From Crocinitomicaceae bacterium (GTDB taxonomy: Bacteria > Bacteroidota > Bacteroidia > Flavobacteriales_D > Crocinitomicaceae): 64,000 bases of DNA. The DNA lies in the NCBI GenBank assembly GCA_002709305.1, contig PAQM01000012.1:90701-154700 (forward strand), given 5' to 3'. This document shows positions 1 to 8,440 of the stretch, piece by piece. The notes under the pieces are model-generated. The model made no database searches. It was not told the DNA's origin and saw only the letters and a program-made list of their open reading frames with translations. Both the position numbers and the translations under genes were made by a program. Numbering within the stretch: position 1 is the first letter of the stretch; each line of letters begins with the position of its first letter.

Positions 1-582
1 ATTGGTACACAAATGATAACAAAAGGATTAGATTTTGACAACGTAAATTTAGTAGGAATATTGGATGCAGATATGCTTTTGAATAGACCTAATTTCAGAG
101 CTTTTGAAAAATCTTTTCAACTAATGACACAGGTGGCAGGAAGAGCTGGGAGAAGAAAAAAACGTGGAAAAGTAATAATTCAAACAGGCGATCCTAACCA
201 TTGGGTTATTAACAAAATCATTAACCATGACTTTATTTCTTTCTTTAAAAATGAAATTGTTGAAAGAAATAACTTCTTCTATCCACCTTTTTATAAAATA
301 ATTGAAATCAATCTTAAAAATAAAAATGAAAATATACTTCAAAATTCATCCGAAAGATTAGCCTCAGATTTACGCGAAATATTTAAAGAACGCGTATTAG
401 GTCCAGAACACCCAATTATAAAGAGAATTTACAACTACTATTTAAAAAGAATCACACTAAAAATAGAACGCAATACCAATGATAAAAAAGTTAAAGATCG
501 AATACTTGAAGTAATTGATAACTTTTATAGTGACCCTTACAATAAATCCACAAGAATAAATATTGATGTTGATCCGGCTTAA
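1..582 (+). CDS. priA: Primosomal protein N' (PriA helicase), C-terminal fragment; the 5' end lies outside the window
   Basis: The frame is open from nt 1 ([12 protein letters not shown]...). It contains the helicase motif 'QVAGRAGRR' and a PriA-type C-terminal domain. Stop at 580-582. Confidence 0.9.
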   Translation: MGTQMITKGLDFDNVNLVGILDADMLLNRPNFRAFEKSFQLMTQVAGRAGRRKKRGKVIIQTGDPNHWVINKIINHDFISFFKNEIVERNNFFYPPFYKIIEINLKNKNENILQNSSERLASDLREIFKERVLGPEHPIIKRIYNYYLKRITLKIERNTNDKKVKDRILEVIDNFYSDPYNKSTRINIDVDPA

Positions 583-1448
583 CCTAAATATGGTTTTAAC
601 ATGCTACTCCTAGAATTTTGTTTTAATCTACGAATAGCTTTTTCCTTTATCTGTCTAACCCTTTCTCTTGTTAAATCAAACCTCAAACCTATTTCTTCTA
701 GTGATAATGGAGATTTTTGACCTAATCCGAAATACATTTTAACAACTTCTCCCTCCCTAGCTGTTAAAGTTGAAAGTGAACGATGGATTTCTTTTCTTAG
801 AGAATCATCTATCAAACCTTTTTCTGGGCCAGGAAGTGAATCATTTGGTAACAAATCATACAGACTAGATGATGAATCATCTCCATCAACTAAAGGTGCA
901 TCCATAGATACATGCCGACCATTACTTTGTAACAACTGATGAACATCATTGACAGATATTTCCATATATTCTGCAATTTCTTGAGCCAACGGAGGTCTCT
1001 CTAGACGTTGTTCTAACTCTGAAAATGCTCTATTAATCTTATTAATTGAACCTATCTTATTTAAAGGTAAACGAACCACTCGTGCTTGTTCTGCCAAAGA
1101 CTGTAAAATAGATTGTCTAATCCACCATACAGCATATGATATAAATTTAAAACCTCTCTTTTGATCAAAACGTTTTGCAGCCTTAATTAAACCTAAATTT
1201 CCTTCGTTAATTAAATCTGGTAATGAAAGACCTTGATTTTGATATTGTTTGGCTACTGAAACAACGAACCTTAAATTTGCTTTCGTTAATTTTTCTAATG
1301 CACACTTATCTCCAGCTTTAATCCTGATAGCTAAATCAACCTCTTCTTCAGGACTAATAAGTTCTACTCGACCAATTTCAAGTAAATATTTATCTAAAGA
1401 TGCTGATTCACGATTCGTTACCTGTTTAGATATTTTCAATTGTCTCAT
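579..1448 (-). CDS. rpoD: Primary RNA polymerase sigma factor (sigma-70/RpoD family, short Bacteroidota type)
   Basis: Sigma regions 2-4 are present ('[10 protein letters not shown]', '[15 protein letters not shown]', '[14 protein letters not shown]'). The ATG at 1448 (MRQLKISKQ) is preferred over the ORF-track start at 1457. Confidence 0.9.
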   Translation of the reverse strand: MRQLKISKQVTNRESASLDKYLLEIGRVELISPEEEVDLAIRIKAGDKCALEKLTKANLRFVVSVAKQYQNQGLSLPDLINEGNLGLIKAAKRFDQKRGFKFISYAVWWIRQSILQSLAEQARVVRLPLNKIGSINKINRAFSELEQRLERPPLAQEIAEYMEISVNDVHQLLQSNGRHVSMDAPLVDGDDSSSSLYDLLPNDSLPGPEKGLIDDSLRKEIHRSLSTLTAREGEVVKMYFGLGQKSPLSLEEIGLRFDLTRERVRQIKEKAIRRLKQNSRSSMLKPYLG

Positions 1449-1588
1449 ACACACCAAGTTTTATGTCCCACTATATATATAACGTAAAAAAAAAAAAATG
1501 GTTGGGAATTTATTTAAATTTTGTAATTAAAATTGAACATTTATCTTAAAATCAATATGTATTTTAGGCATTTAATTAAACATGTAAT

Positions 1589-2047
1589 ATGAAAATTTTA
1601 ATGGTTTGTTTAGGCAATATTTGTAGATCACCCTTAGCTCATGGAATTTTAAGAGAAAAAATTAAGCTAAATAATATAAACGCAAGTGTAGATTCTGCAG
1701 GAACATCCAACTATCATATTGGAGATCCTCCTGACTTTCGTATGATAACAACTGCTAAGCTAAATAACATAATGATTGAAGACTTAAAGGCTCGACAATT
1801 TACAACAAAAGACTTCTATGACTTTGATATAATTTATGTTATGGATAAAAATAATTACGATAATGTAATCCAACTTGCTAAAAACAAAGAACAAAAAGAA
1901 AAAGTCAAAATGATTCTAAATGAAATAACACAAGGAATGAATCACAATGTACCCGATCCATATTATGGTGGTAATAAAGGATTTGAAGAAGTTTTTAATA
2001 TGTTAGATCAAGCAACTGATAAGATTATAAAAAATCTACTAAAATGA
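1589..2047 (+). CDS. Low-molecular-weight protein-tyrosine phosphatase
   Basis: N-terminal P-loop 'CLGNICRSP' (C-X5-R-S), a 'DPYY' Asp loop, and the expected 152-aa size. Confidence 0.88.
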   Translation: MKILMVCLGNICRSPLAHGILREKIKLNNINASVDSAGTSNYHIGDPPDFRMITTAKLNNIMIEDLKARQFTTKDFYDFDIIYVMDKNNYDNVIQLAKNKEQKEKVKMILNEITQGMNHNVPDPYYGGNKGFEEVFNMLDQATDKIIKNLLK

Positions 2048-2766
2048 AAAAAGGAATAATATACTTAATACCAAACACACTTGGAGATGACTCAATCGAG
2101 AAGAGCACCCCTGTTTTTGCCATAAAAAAAATAAGTAATATTCGTTTTTTTATTGTAGAAAATGTTAAATCAGCACGACGTTATTTAAAAAAAATAGATC
2201 GATCATTTCCTATTGATACATGTGAATTCTATGAATTAAAGAAAAAAAATGATATACACAGTATCCATACATATATAGATAATAATATTAGCGGAAACGA
2301 TATCGGTCTTATTTCCGATGCTGGATGTCCATGTGTTGCAGATCCTGGATCTCAAATTGTTTCAATCGCTCATGAAAAGGGCATTAAAGTTCATCCATTT
2401 GTTGGCCCATCCTCTATACTCCTAACATTAATGGGTAGTGGTTTTTCAGGTCAAAAATTTTCTTTTCATGGATATCTGCCAAAGAATCGAAAAAATAGAA
2501 TTCTTGAAATTCAAAATTATGAGAGAGATAGTAGAAAGAATGGCACTACACACTTGTTTATGGATACTCCATATAGAAATATGAATGTTTTAGATGACTT
2601 ATTAAATGAGCTATCTGACAAAACACACCTTTGCATTGCTTCAAATATTACATTAGCTAAAGAATCTATTAAAACAATGGAAATTAAAGAATGGAGAAAA
2701 AATGCATATGATTTAAATAAGAAACCTACAATGTTTGCAATTGGAAGAATACAAAGTTTTATTTAA
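2044..2766 (+). CDS. SAM-dependent methyltransferase with tetrapyrrole-methylase fold (RsmI-related)
   Basis: N-terminal 'GIIYLIPNTLGD', 'SDAGCPCVADPG' and 'GPSS' motifs typical of the TP-methylase/RsmI family. Its ATGA start overlaps the preceding gene's stop. Confidence 0.7.
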   Translation: MKKGIIYLIPNTLGDDSIEKSTPVFAIKKISNIRFFIVENVKSARRYLKKIDRSFPIDTCEFYELKKKNDIHSIHTYIDNNISGNDIGLISDAGCPCVADPGSQIVSIAHEKGIKVHPFVGPSSILLTLMGSGFSGQKFSFHGYLPKNRKNRILEIQNYERDSRKNGTTHLFMDTPYRNMNVLDDLLNELSDKTHLCIASNITLAKESIKTMEIKEWRKNAYDLNKKPTMFAIGRIQSFI

Positions 2767-3538
2767 TTCCTCTTCTTTTTTTTATGGCTTCATATGAATC
2801 TTGAATTTTCTGAAATTTTTCTTTCGCTCCTTTTTGATATTCAGGCCCCATTTGTGAAACTTTATCTGGATGAAATTTTATAGCCATTTTACGATATGCT
2901 TTTTTAATTTCATCATCTGTAGCGGTTTTTTCAATCCCCAAAACCTTATAGTCAGAATCTACATTTCTATAAAACATATTCTTAACACTAGTAAAATCAG
3001 TTTGAGAAACCCCTAGCATGGAAGCAATTTTATTTATCACATCAATTTCAGATGGAGATACATCTCCATCTGCTTTTGCAATACCGAACATATAATGTAA
3101 TAATTGTACCCTAACTTCGGGACGCATTCTTAATTTTATATCTTGACAAATTTGATGTAAAGGAATGTTACCTGAATCTAAAAATCTTTTTAAAACTTGA
3201 AGATGTTGTGTGGAAAAACGATTACCAAACTGCTGAATTAAAAAAGTCTTAACATATTTTAACTCCGACTTCAAAACTTTGCCATCAGCACGCATAACAG
3301 CTGCAGACAAAGCCATTAACATAGTAGGGATATCACTTTGTGAAGATCTCTGTTGATAATAATTAAATATATCTTCTGGCGAAAAAGTGCGACTTCGTTG
3401 TCTGCCTTGAGATTGAGATTTATTTTTTATTTCGTTATAATTATCTATCGATGAACCAATAACAAAACCTATAAATCCTCCCAAAAAACTTCTACCAAGC
3501 AATAGAAAACCTGCAATCGCTAATACCCACTTAAACAA
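2759..3538 (-). CDS. djlA: DjlA-like membrane co-chaperone (N-terminal TM, TerB-like domain, C-terminal J-domain)
   Basis: Hydrophobic N-terminus. C-terminal J-domain 'DYKVLGIEKTATDDEIKKAYRKMAIKFHPDK' with the HPD tripeptide. The architecture matches E. coli DjlA. Confidence 0.75.
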   Translation of the reverse strand: MFKWVLAIAGFLLLGRSFLGGFIGFVIGSSIDNYNEIKNKSQSQGRQRSRTFSPEDIFNYYQQRSSQSDIPTMLMALSAAVMRADGKVLKSELKYVKTFLIQQFGNRFSTQHLQVLKRFLDSGNIPLHQICQDIKLRMRPEVRVQLLHYMFGIAKADGDVSPSEIDVINKIASMLGVSQTDFTSVKNMFYRNVDSDYKVLGIEKTATDDEIKKAYRKMAIKFHPDKVSQMGPEYQKGAKEKFQKIQDSYEAIKKRRGIK

Positions 3539-3580
3539 TATCTTAAAATTTTAAAAAAATATTATAGAACCTAGAATATA

Positions 3581-5470
3581 TTAAACTAAATCAATACTCC
3601 TTTCAATAAAATTATTTAATTCTTCTCCTTTTAATAAACCTTGAGAAAGTAATGCAATATCTATTAATTGCTTTACTTTTTTCGTCTTAGTTTTAGATGT
3701 TTTTACATTTAAAATTTCTTCTATCTTATTATGATTAGAATTAACTAAAACATTGTATGTTTCAGGAAAAGCACCATAAAATCCTGCACCTCCCATCTTT
3801 TGTTGCTCTTTCATTCTGCGAATAAATTCAGGTTGCGTTATTATTATTGGAGCATCATCTGAACTCATACTTTCAAATTGAAGCTTATACTTATCACCAT
3901 TTAATTCAGACTCGAAAATAGGTTTAAGGGTTTCCTCATCCTCTTTCGATAATTTAGATGGAATTTCTTCATCTTTTTGTATTAATTTATCTAATGAATC
4001 AGAATCAACACGAGCAAACATAACATTTTCTAATGTTTGTTCTAAGTTAGCAATCCAGTGTGAAGCTAGTGGACTATCAATATGTAACACATCATATCCT
4101 CTATCTTTTGCTTTTTGAACAAATCCATATTGTTCTTCAACACTATTAGTATACAATAATACTACTTTTTTATCTTTATTAGTTTGAAGGGTTTTAACCT
4201 TTTTTTGGAATTCATCTAAAGTGAAATATTTACCCTCGCTATTTTTAACTAAAGTGAAATTTTTAGCTTTTTCTGTAAACTTTGTATCCGATAACATCCC
4301 ATATTGAACAAATATTTTAAGATCTTCCCATTTAGACTCAAAATCTTTACGATCTTTCTTAAACATCTGAGCTAACTTATCCGAAACTTTTTTTGTGATA
4401 TGAGTTGATATCTTTTTTACATTTCCATCACTCTGTAGATATGATCTAGAAACATTTAATGGAATATCTGGAGAATCAATTACACCATGAAGTAAAGTTA
4501 AAAATTCAGGTACTATCTCTTCAACACTATCAGTAATAAAAACTTGATTAGAATATAAATTAATTTTATTTTTTTGAATCTCTAAATTTTCTTTTATTCT
4601 TGGAAAGTATAATATTCCTGTTAGGTTGAAAGGATAATCAACATTAAGATGAATATGAAATAAAGGTGGTTCAAATGTCGAAGGATATAATTCTCTATAA
4701 AAAGAACCATAATCGTCTTCTTTAAGTTCTGATGGAGCTTTTGTCCAAGCAGGAGAAATATTATTTACTTGGTTGATACTATCAACAGCAACACGCTTTA
4801 TATTTCCATCCTTGTCTTTTTCACCTGAAGGATCATCAACATATTCTGTCTTAGTTCCAAAAATGACAGGAATAGGCAAAAATTTACAATACTTATCTAA
4901 GATACCTTGAATTCTTGATTTTTCTAAAAACTCTTTTGAATCTTCATTTATGTATAAAACTATATCCGTACCTCTATCCTCTTTTTTAATATCAGTAATA
5001 GAATACTCTGGTGATCCATTACTTTCCCATTGAACAGCCTTTGATCCTTTGCTTCTAGATAAAGTTCGTATTTGAACTTTTTCTGAAACCATAAATGCCG
5101 AATAAAAACCTAATCCAAAATGCCCTATAATTTGTTCTGCACCTTCTTTCCCTTTATATTTTTCAACAAATTCTTCTGCACCTGAGAAAGCAATTTGATT
5201 AATATATTTATCAATTTCATCAGCAGTCATACCTACACCTCGATCTCTAATAGTTAATGTTTTTTTATCAGAATCTAAGATTATTTCAACTTTTAAATCA
5301 CCTAATTCTCCCTTAAATTCTCCATTACTAGATAAAAACTTTAATTTCTGTGAAGCATCTACTGCGTTTGAAACCAACTCTCTTAAGAAAATTTCATGAT
5401 CTGAATACAAAAATTTCTTTATGATTGGGAAAATATTTTCCGTTTGTACATTAATTTGACCTTTTTTCAT
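3581..5470 (-). CDS. htpG: Molecular chaperone HtpG (Hsp90)
   Basis: GHKL ATPase N-domain motifs 'LRELVSNAVDA' and 'IGHFGLGFYSAFMV'; 629 aa full length. Confidence 0.95.
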   Translation of the reverse strand: MKKGQINVQTENIFPIIKKFLYSDHEIFLRELVSNAVDASQKLKFLSSNGEFKGELGDLKVEIILDSDKKTLTIRDRGVGMTADEIDKYINQIAFSGAEEFVEKYKGKEGAEQIIGHFGLGFYSAFMVSEKVQIRTLSRSKGSKAVQWESNGSPEYSITDIKKEDRGTDIVLYINEDSKEFLEKSRIQGILDKYCKFLPIPVIFGTKTEYVDDPSGEKDKDGNIKRVAVDSINQVNNISPAWTKAPSELKEDDYGSFYRELYPSTFEPPLFHIHLNVDYPFNLTGILYFPRIKENLEIQKNKINLYSNQVFITDSVEEIVPEFLTLLHGVIDSPDIPLNVSRSYLQSDGNVKKISTHITKKVSDKLAQMFKKDRKDFESKWEDLKIFVQYGMLSDTKFTEKAKNFTLVKNSEGKYFTLDEFQKKVKTLQTNKDKKVVLLYTNSVEEQYGFVQKAKDRGYDVLHIDSPLASHWIANLEQTLENVMFARVDSDSLDKLIQKDEEIPSKLSKEDEETLKPIFESELNGDKYKLQFESMSSDDAPIIITQPEFIRRMKEQQKMGGAGFYGAFPETYNVLVNSNHNKIEEILNVKTSKTKTKKVKQLIDIALLSQGLLKGEELNNFIERSIDLV

Positions 5471-5593
5471 ATAATCTTTTTTTATATCTCTCTATGTCAA
5501 TCTTTATGCCATATAATATTTTATGACAAACTGTCGTAGAGAAGCAATTAAAATAAGACAGAACGTCTTAAATATTTTGTTTATGTAAAAAAT

Positions 5594-6199
5594 TTAAATT
5601 CCATAGACATTAAAAACTTCATTTATTGAACCATAAGTATTTAATTTCACCTCAGAAATTTCTTTTTTTGAAAACCATTTGACTTTGGAAATATCCTCCT
5701 CTAATTGAGGTGATAAAACATCGTTACCTAAATAATTGAACTTATACCAATAGACCTTCTTAAGTATCATTATTCCTTTAAACATATAGGTATGATAGGT
5801 AATTGTCAATAACTTTTCTATAGTGTGCCCTGAAATACCACATTCCTCATTTATCTCTCTTTTTGCGGCATGTTCTGGACTCTCATTTTTTTCAATTTTT
5901 CCTTTTGGAAGATCCCATAAACCATTTCTTTTAATTATCAAAAACCCAGATTCCGATTCAACTAGACCTCCAGCAGCTTCAACTAATTTATATTCTGAAA
6001 ATAATCTTTCAAAATCACTATCAATATTATTAGAAAATATAAACAAAGGATTTTCTATTGTAATATCATGCAATAAACATTCAATATCTTTGGGAAAAGC
6101 TATTAATTGACTTGCATTAATGGTATATTTTAAGTTTTCTGAAAAATTTGAATCATCTAAAATGATTATTGGTCTGTGATCTATAAAAACTTTGTACAT
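5594..6199 (-). CDS. NUDIX hydrolase
   Basis: Nudix box 'GKIEKNESPEHAAKREINEECGI' (GX5EX7REUXEEXGU). The ATG at 6199 is preferred to the GTG at 6232, which would overlap the pyrE 5' end. Confidence 0.8.
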   Translation of the reverse strand: MYKVFIDHRPIIILDDSNFSENLKYTINASQLIAFPKDIECLLHDITIENPLFIFSNNIDSDFERLFSEYKLVEAAGGLVESESGFLIIKRNGLWDLPKGKIEKNESPEHAAKREINEECGISGHTIEKLLTITYHTYMFKGIMILKKVYWYKFNYLGNDVLSPQLEEDISKVKWFSKKEISEVKLNTYGSINEVFNVYGI

Positions 6200-6207
6200 T
6201 TGCAACA

Positions 6208-6849
6208 ATGATTTTAAATGAAGATAAAGCACTAAAAGTAGCAGAATTTCTATTACAAGCCAAAGCTATTAAACTTAATCCAAAAAATCCATTCATTTGG
6301 GCTTCTGGAATTAAATCTCCCATATATTGCGATAATAGAATAACACTTTCATATCCACAAATAAGAACATTTATTCGTCAAGCATATACTGAAAGTATTA
6401 TTGAACGATATGGAAAACCTGATATTATTGCTGGTGTAGCAACTGGGGGTATTCCTCAAGGGGCTTTAGTTGCTCAAGAGCTTGGTATTCCATTTATATA
6501 TGTCCGTAATAAAACAAAATCTCACGGTATGGGAAATCAAATTGAGGGTTATTATGAAGAGGGTCAAAAAATTATAGTAGTTGAAGATTTAATATCTACA
6601 GGTCAGAGTAGTTTAAATGCAGTTAAAGCACTTCGTAAAGCTAAACTAGAAGTTAAAGGATTAATTGCAATATTTACATATGGTTTTAAAATTGCAGATG
6701 ATAATTTTAAGAATAAAAAATGTGAATTTATTACACTAACAAATTACGATATTCTATTAAAAAAAGCATTATCAAACAACTTAATTTCTGAGAGTGATAT
6801 ACGGTCACTAGAGGAATGGAAAACATCACCGAAAAATTGGCTTAAATAA
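6208..6849 (+). CDS. pyrE: Orotate phosphoribosyltransferase
   Basis: 'FIWASGIKSPIYCDNR' and the PRPP-binding loop 'IIVVEDLISTGQS'; 213 aa. Confidence 0.92.
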   Translation: MILNEDKALKVAEFLLQAKAIKLNPKNPFIWASGIKSPIYCDNRITLSYPQIRTFIRQAYTESIIERYGKPDIIAGVATGGIPQGALVAQELGIPFIYVRNKTKSHGMGNQIEGYYEEGQKIIVVEDLISTGQSSLNAVKALRKAKLEVKGLIAIFTYGFKIADDNFKNKKCEFITLTNYDILLKKALSNNLISESDIRSLEEWKTSPKNWLK

Positions 6850-6855
6850 TTAAAC

Positions 6856-7254
6856 ATGCAATTAGATAGCACTAAAGTGATTATTAATGCTTCAAAAAAA
6901 GAAGTAAAAACATTTCTATCTGATTCTAATAATTTAATCCATCTTTTGCCACAAAATGCTATATCTGAATTTCAATCAAGCAAAAAAGAATGTTCATTCA
7001 AAGTACAAAAAGGAATTTTTATCTCTCTAGCTCAAGATGGAATTGATAATGAAAATATCTTTCTAAAATCAGGTGAAAAATCACCTTTCCCTTTTAAACT
7101 TAAAATAAAACTTAAAGAAAAAGATTTATCAACACAAGCTTATATTAATTTCAATGGTGAAATTAATTCATTTTTAAAAATGCTACTTGAAAAACCGTTG
7201 AGCAATTTATTTGACTTTATGTCAAAAAAACTACAAGACCATTTTGCTAAATAA
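6856..7254 (+). CDS. Hypothetical protein, possibly SRPBCC-fold
   Basis: Intact 132-aa ORF packed between pyrE and birA. It has no diagnostic motif, so the fold guess rests only on size and pattern. Confidence 0.5.
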   Translation: MQLDSTKVIINASKKEVKTFLSDSNNLIHLLPQNAISEFQSSKKECSFKVQKGIFISLAQDGIDNENIFLKSGEKSPFPFKLKIKLKEKDLSTQAYINFNGEINSFLKMLLEKPLSNLFDFMSKKLQDHFAK

Positions 7255-7972
7255 ATTCTATTTCTTTCATTCCATATTCAATTCGAGTATTATCTTTTTC
7301 AATTAACAATTTACCGGAAGATTTAACTCCCCTTATAATACCGGAAAATACACCAGAATTATCCTTGTAATTTGATTTAACATCTTTTAAGTATAAATAA
7401 TTAAAATATTCTCTATCTAAAAGATTAACTTGATGAAAATACTGATTCCAAACTTTATTAAATGAATGTATAAATACATAAAGAAAATCATTAATACTTT
7501 CAAATTTGCCTGTTTTTTTTTTCACACTAGTAGCTATAAAATCTTCAAAATGAATTTGATTTACATTTAAACCAATACCTATAATTGAACTTTTAATAAC
7601 AGATAATTTTATTTGATTTTCAATTAATACGCCAGCAATTTTTTCACCATCAACATAAATATCATTAGGCCATTTTATTTTGGATTTTATTTTAAATCTT
7701 TTTAACAGATCAACCAGAATCAAAGAGACAATCTTTGTCAAAACAAACTGATTTTTCACTGACAAATTGACGTTATCTAAAAACACAGAAATAGTAAGAT
7801 TTTCACCAGGATTAGAAACCCATCTAGAAGACCTATAACCTTTTCCTGAGAATTGTTCTTCTGCCAATATTACCGTACCATGATCAATTAGACCTTCATT
7901 TAATAATTTGGCAGTATAATTGTTAGTAGAATCTACATGATTTAAATGAATTACTTTTTGACCAATTTCCAT
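7247..7972 (-). CDS. birA: Biotin--[acetyl-CoA-carboxylase] ligase (group I, no HTH domain)
   Basis: 'AEEQFSGKGYRSSRWVS' (GRGRxGRxW-like biotin-binding loop), 'KWPNDIYVDGEKIAGVLIE' and 'IGIGLNVN'. Confidence 0.88.
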   Translation of the reverse strand: MEIGQKVIHLNHVDSTNNYTAKLLNEGLIDHGTVILAEEQFSGKGYRSSRWVSNPGENLTISVFLDNVNLSVKNQFVLTKIVSLILVDLLKRFKIKSKIKWPNDIYVDGEKIAGVLIENQIKLSVIKSSIIGIGLNVNQIHFEDFIATSVKKKTGKFESINDFLYVFIHSFNKVWNQYFHQVNLLDREYFNYLYLKDVKSNYKDNSGVFSGIIRGVKSSGKLLIEKDNTRIEYGMKEIEFI

Positions 7973-8029
7973 AGTAAATAAGAATGTTTGCTATTATATA
8001 AATTTAAGTATTTATTTAAATTATAAGAT

Positions 8030-8037
8030 TAATTTTG
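8030..8037 (+). promoter_or_regulatory. Candidate Bacteroidota -7 promoter element (TAATTTTG) for rsfS-ftsH
   Basis: Exact match to TAnnTTTG about 20 nt upstream of the rsfS ATG. No clear -33 TTTG was seen. In AT-rich DNA the motif is expected by chance roughly once per kb. Confidence 0.35.
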
Positions 8038-8057
8038 TAATGTATTAAAAAAGCTGA

Positions 8058-8435
8058 ATGAATAAAAAATCAAATGATAATGAAACGCAAATTTTAGTTG
8101 ATACTATCGTTGAAGGGATGCAAGAAAACAAAGCAGAAAACATTGTTATCCTTGACTTAAGAAAAATTAAAAATTCAATTTGCGATTTTTTTATTATTTG
8201 TAGTGGTGAATCATCAACCCAAGTAGATGGAATAAGTAAGTCAATTAAACGTTATACAAGAGAAGAAATTATAGAAAAACCCTGGAGAGTTGAAGGTGAA
8301 AAAAATAGTGAGTGGATTCTTTTAGATTATTGTAATGTGGTAGTCCACGTTTTCCACAAAGAAAAAAGAAAATTTTATGACCTCGAAGATTTATGGGGTG
8401 ATGCAAAAAGAACTGATATATCAAATTTGAATTAA
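8058..8435 (+). CDS. rsfS: Ribosome silencing factor RsfS
   Basis: RsfS/iojap pattern 'DFFIICSGESSTQV', 'GEKNSEWILLDYCNVVVHVF'; 125 aa; sits upstream of ftsH. Confidence 0.88.
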   Translation: MNKKSNDNETQILVDTIVEGMQENKAENIVILDLRKIKNSICDFFIICSGESSTQVDGISKSIKRYTREEIIEKPWRVEGEKNSEWILLDYCNVVVHVFHKEKRKFYDLEDLWGDAKRTDISNLN

Positions 8436-8440
8436 ATAAA

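Noticed and set aside
1486-1498. An A13 homopolymer in the divergent rpoD / LMW-PTP promoter region, considered as a phase-variation tract.
   Set aside because: It is intergenic in a ~30% GC genome where long A/T runs are frequent, and there is no evidence of length variation from a single sequence.
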